This document shows, piece after piece, positions 29,113-38,122 of a stretch of 64,000 nucleotides of DNA; the first letter of the stretch is position 1; each line of letters begins with the position of its first letter. The notes beneath the pieces were generated by a model. That model was not told the origin of the DNA and did not search any database. It worked only from the letters and a program-made list of their open reading frames with translations. The translations under genes and the position numbers were made by a program. Source of the DNA: Geopsychrobacteraceae bacterium (GTDB lineage: Bacteria; Desulfobacterota; Desulfuromonadia; Desulfuromonadales; Geopsychrobacteraceae); NCBI GenBank assembly GCA_963676555.2, contig CAXXGL010000013.1, positions 47,860-111,859 on the forward strand, given 5' to 3'.

Positions 29113-30801
29113 ATGTCTGCACTGATCAATCAGCAATTGATTTTCGGTCTTTTGGGCGGTCTGGGGATGTTTCTTTTCGGCATGAAGATCATGTCGGAAG
29201 GCCTGCAGAAAATCGCCGGCGACCGCATGAGAAAAATCCTTTCCGCGCTGACAAGCAATCGACTCATAGGCACCCTGGTCGGCATTGCCGTAACGGCCAT
29301 CATTCAGTCATCGAGCGCCACGACCGTCATGGTCGTCGGTTTCGTCAATGCCGGTCTGCTCTCCCTGGTGCAGTCGATCGGGGTGGTGCTGGGCGCCAAT
29401 ATCGGCACGACCATCACCGCCCAGCTGATCGCTTTTAAGATCACCAAATTCGCCTTGCCGGCCATCGGCCTGGGCACCGGGTTAAAACTCTTCAGCAAAA
29501 ATAAAAAATACGTTTATATCGGTGAGATCATTCTGGGTTTCGGTTTGCTTTTTTTCGGCCTGTCGACCATGAAGCACGCCTTCAACCCGCTTAAAGCCAG
29601 TGAGGATTTTCGCCACCTGTTTTTACTGGTGGGCGATTATAAACTGCTCGGGATTTTGATCGGTGCCCTGTTGACCATTATCGTGCAAAGCAGCAGTGCA
29701 ACCATCGGCATTACCATCGCCCTGGCCAGTACCGGGCTGATCTCTTTTGAAGCCAGCGTGGCCTTGATCCTGGGGGAAAATATCGGGACCACGGTGACGG
29801 CCAACCTGGCCGCAATCGGGACCAACCTGGCGGCACGACGAACGGCTTTTTCGCACTTTCTTTTCAATGTCCTCGGCGTGCTCTACATGTTGCTCCTGTT
29901 TCCATTTTTCCTCAAATTCATTTCATACATAACTCCCGGGGACGCCGATTTTATTGTCCAGACTCAGGCCCAGGCGGAAAGCTATGCCACAGCCATCGGC
30001 GACAAGCCCTACATTGCCCGCCATATCGCCAACACCCATACCCTGTTCAACATCATCAATACGCTGATCTTTCTGCCCTTGATCGGGATCTTGGCCAAGG
30101 TGTCCACACTGCTGATTCGCGGTGATGAAGACCTGGAGACCCTGCAGGTCAAATTTATTGACGATCGGGTTTTGAATACGCCTCCCGTCGCTATCGGCCA
30201 GGCTCGGCGCGAAACCAAGCGCATGGCCATGATCGCCATGGAGATGCTTGAAGAAACCAATCTTTTTCTGGAAGACGGCGATTACAAACGCATTCGCTCT
30301 CTTGAGAAGAAAGAGGAACTGGTTGACATCCTGCAGCGTGAAATCATGGATTTTCTGGTCAAGCTTTCACAGCGATCGATTTCCACGGAGACATCGAAAG
30401 CGATCGGCTCGCTGATGAATATGGTCAACGACCTTGAGCGGATCGGCGATCATTGCGAAAATCTATGGGAACTGGGTTTACGTAAAATCGAAGAGAAAAT
30501 TGTTTTTTCCCATACCGGCGAAAACGAAGTGTCCAGCATAGCGGAAAAAACCGGCGAATTTTTACATTTCGTCATTGATGCCATGGAAAAAGAAGATAAA
30601 ACGATCGGCCCACAAGCCATTGAATATGAAGATACGATCGATGAACTCGAGGAATCTTTGCGCATGAACCATATCGCCCGCCTGAACACCGGCGAGTGCG
30701 CTGTGCAACCGGGGCTGGTTTTTATCGATATGTTGCACAGCTACGAGAAAATCGGCGATCACACCTTCAATGTCTCCGAGGCGGTCCAGGGTCAAAAATA
30801 G
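29113..30801 (+). CDS. Na+/phosphate cotransporter family protein with PhoU-like C-terminal domain
   Basis: 562 aa with duplicated QSSSAT motifs in the membrane domain and C-terminal PhoU-like repeats (ERIGDHCEN, EKIGDHTFN). Confidence 0.9.
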   Translation: MSALINQQLIFGLLGGLGMFLFGMKIMSEGLQKIAGDRMRKILSALTSNRLIGTLVGIAVTAIIQSSSATTVMVVGFVNAGLLSLVQSIGVVLGANIGTTITAQLIAFKITKFALPAIGLGTGLKLFSKNKKYVYIGEIILGFGLLFFGLSTMKHAFNPLKASEDFRHLFLLVGDYKLLGILIGALLTIIVQSSSATIGITIALASTGLISFEASVALILGENIGTTVTANLAAIGTNLAARRTAFSHFLFNVLGVLYMLLLFPFFLKFISYITPGDADFIVQTQAQAESYATAIGDKPYIARHIANTHTLFNIINTLIFLPLIGILAKVSTLLIRGDEDLETLQVKFIDDRVLNTPPVAIGQARRETKRMAMIAMEMLEETNLFLEDGDYKRIRSLEKKEELVDILQREIMDFLVKLSQRSISTETSKAIGSLMNMVNDLERIGDHCENLWELGLRKIEEKIVFSHTGENEVSSIAEKTGEFLHFVIDAMEKEDKTIGPQAIEYEDTIDELEESLRMNHIARLNTGECAVQPGLVFIDMLHSYEKIGDHTFNVSEAVQGQK

Positions 30802-31712
30802 TGTATGCCGCACTCGATATCGGCAGCAATACGCTTCGTATGCTGGTGGGGGAATGCCGGGATCAGGGCATCGTTCCACTGTTCTGCGAACGCCGCATGA
30901 CCCGCCTTGCCGGAGCGCTGACCGATGATCAGGGGTTTGCCGTTGCCGGCATGGAGAGAACTCTTGCCGCGCTCGTCGAGTTTGCCTCTCTGCTTCCCGC
31001 ACACGACATCTGCCGGATTCGGGCCGTCGGTACTGCGGCCTTCCGCCGGGCGCGTAATCGCCGGCTCTTTGTCGATCGCATTGAACGGGAGAGCGGTTTC
31101 AAGGTCGAAATCATCAGTGGTGACGAAGAGGCGCAACTGATGGCCGACGGGGTTCTTTCCGTGCTGCGGCCGCGACCGCAGGAGGCGGTCATCTTCGACA
31201 TCGGCGGCGGCAGTACGGAGTTCGTCTACCTGGTCGGCGGCCGCATCCGTTTGCAGCAAAGCTATCCCCTCGGCGTGGTTCGGCTGAGTGAGGAATGGCC
31301 CGATGTGAAGCAGCGGCAGCAGGCCGTTGCCGAGATGGTTGGCGCTTTCGGGGAAAAGCTGCGCCGGCAAAACTCAAGTCTTCAGTCCTGCCGGTTGATC
31401 GGGACCGCCGGAACCATGACGACTCTGGCGGCTATCGATCTGCGCATGGACACCTACGATGCGAACCGGATCAATGACCACTGCTTAACCGCATCCTGGT
31501 TGACATCATTACAGGCGCAATTTGCGTCCATTCCGGCGGCACAGCGTGAACAGGCGGCCGGCATGGAAGCCGGCCGCGGAGATATCATCATGCCCGGGCT
31601 GGAAATTGCCCTGGAACTGCTGAAAGAATTTCAACTCAACAAGATTCGAATTGCTGATTCCGGACTGCTGGAGGGGGTCCTGCTTGATCTGTGTCGGGCG
31701 GGAGGCGCCTGA
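30801..31712 (+). CDS. Ppx/GppA-family phosphatase
   Basis: GTG at 30801 overlaps the upstream stop. N-terminal ALDIGSNTLRMLV and DIGGGSTE actin-fold ATPase motifs. Confidence 0.85.
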   Translation: MYAALDIGSNTLRMLVGECRDQGIVPLFCERRMTRLAGALTDDQGFAVAGMERTLAALVEFASLLPAHDICRIRAVGTAAFRRARNRRLFVDRIERESGFKVEIISGDEEAQLMADGVLSVLRPRPQEAVIFDIGGGSTEFVYLVGGRIRLQQSYPLGVVRLSEEWPDVKQRQQAVAEMVGAFGEKLRRQNSSLQSCRLIGTAGTMTTLAAIDLRMDTYDANRINDHCLTASWLTSLQAQFASIPAAQREQAAGMEAGRGDIIMPGLEIALELLKEFQLNKIRIADSGLLEGVLLDLCRAGGA

Positions 31713-31826
31713 AGTTTACCGGGCCTCGCCAATTGACAGAGTTCCGGTGATTATCTATTATTCCGTGACTCTTTTTCCTGTCAGTTGAATACTGTCCAAT
31801 CGTCTATGCACAGATAAAGGATTCCT

Positions 31827-33584
31827 ATGAACAAACTTCTGCTTTCCGGCAATGAAGCCATTGCGCGCGGCGCCTATGAGGCCGGAGCCCTGGTTGCTTG
31901 CGCGTATCCCGGCACTCCGAGCACGGAAATATTGGAAAACATAACCCGCTATGAAGAAATAGACGCCTCCTGGGCGCCGAATGAAAAAGTCGCGCTCGAA
32001 GTCGGCATCGGGGCCTGTTTCGGCGGCGCCCGGGCACTGGTGGCCATGAAACATGTCGGCGTCAATGTTGCCGCCGACCCGCTGTTCACTCTGTCCTATA
32101 CCGGGGTCAGGGGAGGGCTGGTGCTGGTGACTGCCGATGATCCGGAACTGCATTCGTCGCAGAACGAACAGGATAACCGCAATTACGCAAAATTCGCCAA
32201 GGTTCCCATGTTCGAACCGGCGGACAGCCAGGAGGCTCTGGATTTTACCAAACTGGCATTCGAAGTCAGCGAAAAGTTCGATACGCCGGTTTTTCTCCGC
32301 AGCACGACCCGCATTTCGCACTCCAAATCCGTGGTCGAGCCGGCAGAGCGCCGAAGCGATCTGCCGCAACCGAAACTTGAACGCAATCCGGCAAAACTGG
32401 TTATGTTGCCCGGCAACGCCCGCAAGCGCCATGTCGCCGTCGAACAGCGCATTCTGGACTTGGAAGAGTGGTCGGCGCAGCAGCCGTTCAACCGGATTGA
32501 AAAGAACCAGGGGCGGGTCGGAGTCATTACCTCCGGCGTTTCTTACCACTATGTAAAAGAAGTCCTGCCCGATGCGGACATCCTGAAAATCGGAATGATT
32601 TATCCGTTGCCGAAATCCCTGATTCGCGAATTTGCGGGCCAATATGAGCAACTCTATGTGGTCGAGGAACTCGATCCCTTCATCGAGGAGCAAGTCAGGG
32701 CCATGGGAATCGAAGTGTCCGGCAAGGATAAGCTTTCGATCTGTGGCGAACTGACCCCCGGCCGCCTTAAACAGGCGCTGTTCGCTACGGAGGTGCCGCA
32801 CGAAGATGTTTCCCCCGCATTACCGCAACGGCCGCCGAATATGTGCCCCGGCTGTCCGCACCGCGGTGTCTTTATGGAACTGAACCGGGCCAAAGCCTAT
32901 GTCACCGGTGATATCGGCTGTTATACCCTCGGCTTCATGCCGCCGCTGTCAGCTATGGATACCTGTGTCTGCATGGGGGCGAGCCTCGGAAATGCCACGG
33001 GTATCAGCAAAGTTCTGAGTGCGGAGGAACAGCGCAAGGTTGTTGCCGTGATCGGGGATTCCACTTTTCTGCATACCGGAATCAACGGTTTGATGGATAT
33101 GGTTTACAATCGATCGGCGGCCACGGTTATCATTCTCGACAACCGTATCACCGCGATGACCGGACGGCAGGAAAACCCGACTTCGGGCTATACCCTGGCG
33201 GAACAGGAAACCTACCGGGTCGACATGGAACAGCTTTGTCGTGCCGTGGGGGTTCAGCATATCAAGGTGATCGACCCTTACGATATCGCCCTGACGCGCA
33301 AAACCATCCGTGAAGAGATGGCACGCCCCGAAGTTTCGGTGATCATTACCTCGCGACCCTGTATGCTGGTGGCGCGCGACAATCTCGAGCGGCGCACGCC
33401 GTTGTTTGTCGACCACGACAAATGCACCGGCTGCCAGGCCTGTCTGCGCCTCGGTTGTCCGGCGATCACCTGGGATGCGGAAAACAAGAAGTCGAATATA
33501 GATAAAATCATCTGTACCGGCTGCAAGGTCTGCCAGCAGACCTGCGGATTCGGCGCGTTCCTGGAATATGGTGAAAATTCATGA
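31827..33584 (+). CDS. iorA: indolepyruvate:ferredoxin oxidoreductase subunit alpha
   Basis: 585 aa with a TPP-binding region and two C-terminal 4Fe-4S motifs (CTGCQACLRLGCP, CTGCKVCQQTC). Confidence 0.9.
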   Translation: MNKLLLSGNEAIARGAYEAGALVACAYPGTPSTEILENITRYEEIDASWAPNEKVALEVGIGACFGGARALVAMKHVGVNVAADPLFTLSYTGVRGGLVLVTADDPELHSSQNEQDNRNYAKFAKVPMFEPADSQEALDFTKLAFEVSEKFDTPVFLRSTTRISHSKSVVEPAERRSDLPQPKLERNPAKLVMLPGNARKRHVAVEQRILDLEEWSAQQPFNRIEKNQGRVGVITSGVSYHYVKEVLPDADILKIGMIYPLPKSLIREFAGQYEQLYVVEELDPFIEEQVRAMGIEVSGKDKLSICGELTPGRLKQALFATEVPHEDVSPALPQRPPNMCPGCPHRGVFMELNRAKAYVTGDIGCYTLGFMPPLSAMDTCVCMGASLGNATGISKVLSAEEQRKVVAVIGDSTFLHTGINGLMDMVYNRSAATVIILDNRITAMTGRQENPTSGYTLAEQETYRVDMEQLCRAVGVQHIKVIDPYDIALTRKTIREEMARPEVSVIITSRPCMLVARDNLERRTPLFVDHDKCTGCQACLRLGCPAITWDAENKKSNIDKIICTGCKVCQQTCGFGAFLEYGENS

Positions 33585-34159
33585 ACAGGGTAAAAAACAT
33601 ACAGTTGGTCGGGGTTGGGGGCCAGGGAATTCTGCTTGCCAGCGAAGTTCTGTCCGAGGTCATGCTGCTGGCCGGACTTGATGTGAAAAAAAATGAAATT
33701 CACGGTATGTCGCAGCGGGGCGGTAGCGTGGTGTCGCATGTGCGCTATGGCGACAAGGTCTATTCGGCTATTATTCCGGAAGGCGAAGTCGATATTCTCT
33801 TCAGCTTTGAGGTCCTTGAAACCTGGCGTTATCTGCCTTTAGTGCGCGAAAACGGGCAAATCATCATCAACAACTGGAAAATCGCACCGCCGGCGGTTGC
33901 CCTAGGCAAACAACAATACCCGGCCGATTTGACGGAAAAGATCCGACAGCGATTCCCCAATACGCAGGTTGTCAACGGGCTTGATCTGGCGCTGAAGGCC
34001 GGCAACGCCAAAACCGTCAATACCGCGCTGCTGGGTGCTCTGTCCAATGTCCTGGAATTTGACCGCGAAATCTGGCTGACCGCATTGAAAAAAATGATCC
34101 CGGAACGTCTTTTGGATGTCAATTTGAAGGCTTTTGCATTGGGATGTCAGGTGAAATAA
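33581..34159 (+). CDS. iorB: indolepyruvate:ferredoxin oxidoreductase subunit beta
   Basis: 192 aa with the VGGQGILLAS motif of the 2-oxoacid:ferredoxin oxidoreductase gamma-type domain. Overlaps iorA by 4 nt. Confidence 0.9.
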   Translation: MNRVKNIQLVGVGGQGILLASEVLSEVMLLAGLDVKKNEIHGMSQRGGSVVSHVRYGDKVYSAIIPEGEVDILFSFEVLETWRYLPLVRENGQIIINNWKIAPPAVALGKQQYPADLTEKIRQRFPNTQVVNGLDLALKAGNAKTVNTALLGALSNVLEFDREIWLTALKKMIPERLLDVNLKAFALGCQVK

Positions 34160-34190
34160 GCGAGGCTGCATCCCCCCTGGGAGGTAACAG

Positions 34191-35501
34191 ATGATCTGGA
34201 ATGATGATTTTGAAACTCTGCCGCGCGAAGCGATCGAGTCACTGCAACTCAAACGCCTGCAGCAGACAGTTGAGCGGGTCTACGCCACGGTTCCGTTTTA
34301 TCGTCAGGCTTTCGACCGGAGCGGTTTGCAACCGGCCGACATCAGGCACCTTGACGATTTGCGCAGGTTGCCTTTTACGCTGAAACAGGACATGCGGGAC
34401 AATTATCCCTATGGCCTTTTCGCCGTTCCCCTGGAACAGATTGTCCGCATCCATGCTTCTTCAGGGACGACCGGCAAGCCGACCGTGGTTGGCTACAGCA
34501 GGCGCGATATCGAAACCTGGACCGAGTTGATGGCGCGTTCTTTCACTGCCGCCGGAGCGAATAAGGGGGATGTGATCCACAACGCCTACGGCTACGGCCT
34601 GTTCACCGGCGGGCTGGGCGCCCACTACGGGGCCGAGCGCATCGGTGCGTCGGTTATCCCCATGTCGGGTGGAAATACGAAGAAACAGTTGATGATCATG
34701 CAGGATTTCGGCTCAACGGTTCTGACCTGTACCCCGTCTTACAGCCTTTATCTGGCCGAAGCCGCGGCGGAGGAGGGGATCGACATCCGGAAACTCAAGC
34801 TTAAAGTCGGTATTCTCGGCGCCGAGCCCTGGAGCGAGAAAATGCGCCAGGAAATCGAAGAAAACCTCAACATTAAGGCCATCGACATTTACGGCCTGTC
34901 CGAAATCCTCGGTCCCGGAGTCGGCATCGAATGCATCGAGGCGCAGAAAGGCCTGCATATCTGGGAGGATCATTTCATCCCGGAAATTATCGACCCGGAA
35001 ACCGGCGAAGTGCTGCCTGACGGCGAAAGGGGAGAACTGGTTCTCACCACAATTACCAAGGAGGGGATACCGCTGATCCGCTACCGGACACGGGATATTA
35101 CCCGTTTGACCAGGGAGCCCTGCATCTGCGGCCGGACCCACGCCCGCATCGAACGTTTGAGCGGGCGCAGCGACGATATGCTGATCATCCGCGGCGTCAA
35201 TGTCTTCCCGAGTCAGATCGAATCGGTGCTGTTCAGCATCGAGGGCGTCGAACCGCACTACCAGCTGATCGTCGAGCGTGAAGGGAATCTTGACACCCTC
35301 GAAATTCAGGTCGAGGTCAACGAACAGACATTCTCCGACGAAATCAAAGTGCTGCAGGGCTTGTCGAATAAAATCAGAAAAGAGATCAAGGATCTCCTTG
35401 GTGTCACCTGCATTGTCCGTCTGGTCGAACCGAAAAGCATCAGCCGCAGCGAAGGAAAGGCCAAGCGGGTGATCGACAACCGCCGGCAGAACCCTGCATA
35501 A
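34191..35501 (+). CDS. phenylacetate--CoA ligase family protein
   Basis: 436 aa, PaaK-type adenylate-forming enzyme ([24 protein letters not shown]). Confidence 0.9.
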   Translation: MIWNDDFETLPREAIESLQLKRLQQTVERVYATVPFYRQAFDRSGLQPADIRHLDDLRRLPFTLKQDMRDNYPYGLFAVPLEQIVRIHASSGTTGKPTVVGYSRRDIETWTELMARSFTAAGANKGDVIHNAYGYGLFTGGLGAHYGAERIGASVIPMSGGNTKKQLMIMQDFGSTVLTCTPSYSLYLAEAAAEEGIDIRKLKLKVGILGAEPWSEKMRQEIEENLNIKAIDIYGLSEILGPGVGIECIEAQKGLHIWEDHFIPEIIDPETGEVLPDGERGELVLTTITKEGIPLIRYRTRDITRLTREPCICGRTHARIERLSGRSDDMLIIRGVNVFPSQIESVLFSIEGVEPHYQLIVEREGNLDTLEIQVEVNEQTFSDEIKVLQGLSNKIRKEIKDLLGVTCIVRLVEPKSISRSEGKAKRVIDNRRQNPA

Positions 35502-35512
35502 AGGAGGCAAAC

Positions 35513-35944
35513 ATGAAAGTTGAACAGATTTCGATCTTTATCGAAAACAAGTCGGGTCGTTTAGCGGAAGTCTGTGGCGTTCTCGGCCAAGCGGGCGTTA
35601 ATATCCGTGCCTTGTCGCTGGCCGACACATCCGATTTCGGCATATTGCGTCTGATCGTCCAGGATAGCGAAAAAGCCCTCAAGGTTTTGCGCGATCATAA
35701 GTTCACTGTCAGCAAGACCGATGTCATCGGGGTTGCGGTTCCGGACAGCCCGGGGGGGCTTTCGGGCATTCTTCAGATACTCGATAAACACAACGTCAAT
35801 GTCGAGTACATGTATGCCTTCGTTGAACGCTCTGGAGACAACGCGGTGATTATTTTCCGTTTTGACGATGTCGATGAAGCGATCGATGCGCTGACGAACA
35901 ATGGCGTCAAAATTCTGGAGAGCAAAAAAATTACGTCAATTTAA
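35513..35944 (+). CDS. ACT domain-containing protein
   Basis: 143 aa with two ACT-like repeats (ISIFIENKSGRLAEV..., VAVPDSPGGLSGIL...). Confidence 0.85.
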   Translation: MKVEQISIFIENKSGRLAEVCGVLGQAGVNIRALSLADTSDFGILRLIVQDSEKALKVLRDHKFTVSKTDVIGVAVPDSPGGLSGILQILDKHNVNVEYMYAFVERSGDNAVIIFRFDDVDEAIDALTNNGVKILESKKITSI

Positions 35945-36002
35945 AAAAATTTCCATATTAAGTTGAATAGTTAGAACATTTTCTGAAAGTAATACATTAA
36001 TC

Positions 36003-37316
36003 ATGAACCAAGCAATGAACATCTGGAGCAGGAAGGATGAGTGCCAACCGCGCGAAAAGATTCGCGACCTGCAATTGGAACGTCTGCAGCAAACTTTAAA
36101 ACTGGTTGCCGAACAGGTGCCTTGTTACCAAAAGAAGTTCAAGGATTGCGGCTTTTCCCATGAGGACGTCAAAGAACTTCACGATCTGCAACATCTGCCG
36201 TTCACCACCAAAGAAGACCTGCGTCTGAATTATCCTTACGGCATGTTTGCCGTGCCCATGCGGGACGTGGTCAGGATTCATTCTTCTTCCGGAACCACAG
36301 GCAAGCCGACGGTCGTCGGCTATACCAAAAAAGATATTGCAATCTGGACGGAACTGGTTGCGCGTTTTATGACGGCGGCGGGAGTGACCAACGAGGATAT
36401 TGTTCATATTGCCTTCGGTTATGGCCTGTTCACCGGGGCATTCGGCCTGCATTACGGCTCTGAAGCCATCGGCGCGTCGGTCATTCCGATCTCCGGGGGC
36501 AATACCGATAAACAGTTGATGATCATGCAGGATTATCGTTCCTCCGCATTGGTCTGCACACCGTCTTACGGACTCACTTTGGCGGATCGAATGGAAAAGC
36601 AGGGGATTGATCCGCACTCCCTGGCTTTGCGTGTCGGCTTGTTCGGCGGGGAGCCCTGGAGTGAACAGATGCGGTTCGAGCTGGAAAATCGCCTGGGGAT
36701 CATCGCCACGGATAATTACGGCCTCTCCGAAGTGATGGGGCCCGGCGTGGCGGGAGAGTGTCTGTGCAAATGCGGGATGCACCTGGCGGAAGATCATTTT
36801 TATGCAGAAATCATCGACCCGGACAGCGGTGAAGTTCTGCCGGAAGGTTCGGTCGGCGAACTGGTGTTGACCAGCCTGACCAAGCAGGCGTTCCCGATGA
36901 TTCGCTACCGCACCCGGGATATCACCCGAATTCACTATGAAACCTGTGATTGCGGCCGGACACTGGCGAGAATGGATAAGACGCGCGGACGCAGCGACGA
37001 CATGCTGATCATCAAAGGAGTCAACGTTTTCCCGACCCAGGTCGAAGAGGTGCTGTTCCAGATCGAAGGCTGCGAGCCGCATTATCAACTGATCGTCGAC
37101 CGGGTTGACAACGCCGATACCTTAGAAGTTAATGTCGAAGTCAATGAACGGATCTTTTTTGACGAGATGAAACACCAGCGCGAGTTTGTCGTCTCCGCCG
37201 AAAAGCGTCTGGCGTCGGTGCTGGGGGTCAGCGCCAAGGTCAAACTGGTCGAACCCTCCAGCATGAAACGTCACGAAGGTAAAGCCGTACGCGTGATCGA
37301 TCGGCGCAAGATATAA
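36003..37316 (+). CDS. phenylacetate--CoA ligase family protein (paralogue)
   Basis: 437 aa with the same motifs as 34191-35501 and clearly paralogous along the whole length. Confidence 0.9.
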   Translation: MNQAMNIWSRKDECQPREKIRDLQLERLQQTLKLVAEQVPCYQKKFKDCGFSHEDVKELHDLQHLPFTTKEDLRLNYPYGMFAVPMRDVVRIHSSSGTTGKPTVVGYTKKDIAIWTELVARFMTAAGVTNEDIVHIAFGYGLFTGAFGLHYGSEAIGASVIPISGGNTDKQLMIMQDYRSSALVCTPSYGLTLADRMEKQGIDPHSLALRVGLFGGEPWSEQMRFELENRLGIIATDNYGLSEVMGPGVAGECLCKCGMHLAEDHFYAEIIDPDSGEVLPEGSVGELVLTSLTKQAFPMIRYRTRDITRIHYETCDCGRTLARMDKTRGRSDDMLIIKGVNVFPTQVEEVLFQIEGCEPHYQLIVDRVDNADTLEVNVEVNERIFFDEMKHQREFVVSAEKRLASVLGVSAKVKLVEPSSMKRHEGKAVRVIDRRKI

Positions 37317-37386
37317 GGGAGTAAAGGCATTAATCCTTGACAACCCGATTTGAATAATTGATAATTCGCGGCGCTGTTCAAAAAAG

Positions 37387-37463
37387 CGGGATGTGGCGCA
37401 GTCTGGTAGCGCACTTGACTGGGGGTCAAGGGGCCGGAGGTTCAAATCCTCTCATCCCGACCA
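37387..37463 (+). tRNA. tRNA-Pro (anticodon GGG)
   Basis: 77-nt cloverleaf read by hand. Acceptor CGGGATG/CATCCCG; D-arm GCGCAGTCTGGTAGCGC; anticodon stem CTTGA/TCAAG with loop CTGGGGG; T-loop TTCAAAT; encoded CCA. Confidence 0.9.
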
Positions 37464-37473
37464 GATGATTTAA

Positions 37474-37507
37474 AAGCCGACTTCGAATAAACGAAGTCGG
37501 CTTTTTT
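37474..37507 (+). terminator. rho-independent terminator after tRNA-Pro
   Basis: 12-bp perfect stem AAGCCGACTTCG / CGAAGTCGGCTT, loop AATAAA, then TTTTGTTTTG. Confidence 0.75.
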
Positions 37508-37570
37508 GTTTTGTGTTTTCAGTCTTGCTCTCGAGACGGTTTGAGATACGGGACTGGACAAGGATGCTGC

Positions 37571-37969
37571 TCAAGACTGTTTTCCCGAGGTCGGCCAATA
37601 CGACCGGGCCGGCCGGCAGGAGCCACAGGGATGATTCACTTCCCGGAGATCGGCGCCGATCCGCTTAATCGCCTGATTACGGTTTAAACCTTCAGCGGTG
37701 TAGCGATCGAACCGTTCAACGATGTAGCGGTAGTAGTCCTGCTGATTGGCTTCGCACTGTTCATTGAACTTAAGGGCTTCGGCGGCAGCCTGAAACTTGG
37801 CGAGGCGAGTTCGACTGTTGACGGAGGCGACCAGACCGCAGAGGGAATCGAGGATCCGGGCGAAATGAAGAAAGTGTTCAGTCGGCAGCGTGACAGTGAC
37901 TTGAACCTGATCGTCATCGAGAGGGGTAACTTTGAGAGTATCTTGGAGATAATGAAACAGCGAGGTCAT
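37571..37969 (-). CDS. hypothetical protein (orphan ORF between tRNA-Pro and dif)
   Basis: 132-aa ORF with no recognisable family. Its start codon lies 34 nt from the dif-like site. Confidence 0.4.
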   Translation of the reverse strand: MTSLFHYLQDTLKVTPLDDDQVQVTVTLPTEHFLHFARILDSLCGLVASVNSRTRLAKFQAAAEALKFNEQCEANQQDYYRYIVERFDRYTAEGLNRNQAIKRIGADLREVNHPCGSCRPARSYWPTSGKQS

Positions 37970-38002
37970 GGAGAGACCCCGCCGCCGGGAGATACAAAAC
38001 TA

Positions 38003-38030
38003 ACGTCGCATAATATATATTATGTCAACT
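38003..38030. other. dif: dif-like XerC/XerD recombination site (left junction of the element)
   Basis: ACGTCGCATAA-TATATA-TTATGTCAACT. Compare E. coli dif GGTGCGCATAA-TGTATA-TTATGTTAAAT: the inner 7 nt of the XerC arm and 9 of 11 nt of the XerD arm match. Positions 38012-38037 are repeated exactly at 48408-48433. Confidence 0.65.
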
Positions 38031-38122
38031 AAAATATTGTACGGCTAAACAGTCAGATAAGCGGCTATACGTTTTTAAAGGATAATCCCTTTTAAACTCA
38101 TCCCGCTTTACTGTCAAGCAAA

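Noticed and set aside
37387-37463. tRNA-Pro as the attachment site of the adjacent element (classic integrase-mediated tRNA insertion).
   Set aside because: The window has no integrase and no duplicated tRNA 3' segment. The actual direct repeats are dif-like and start 540 bp beyond the tRNA.
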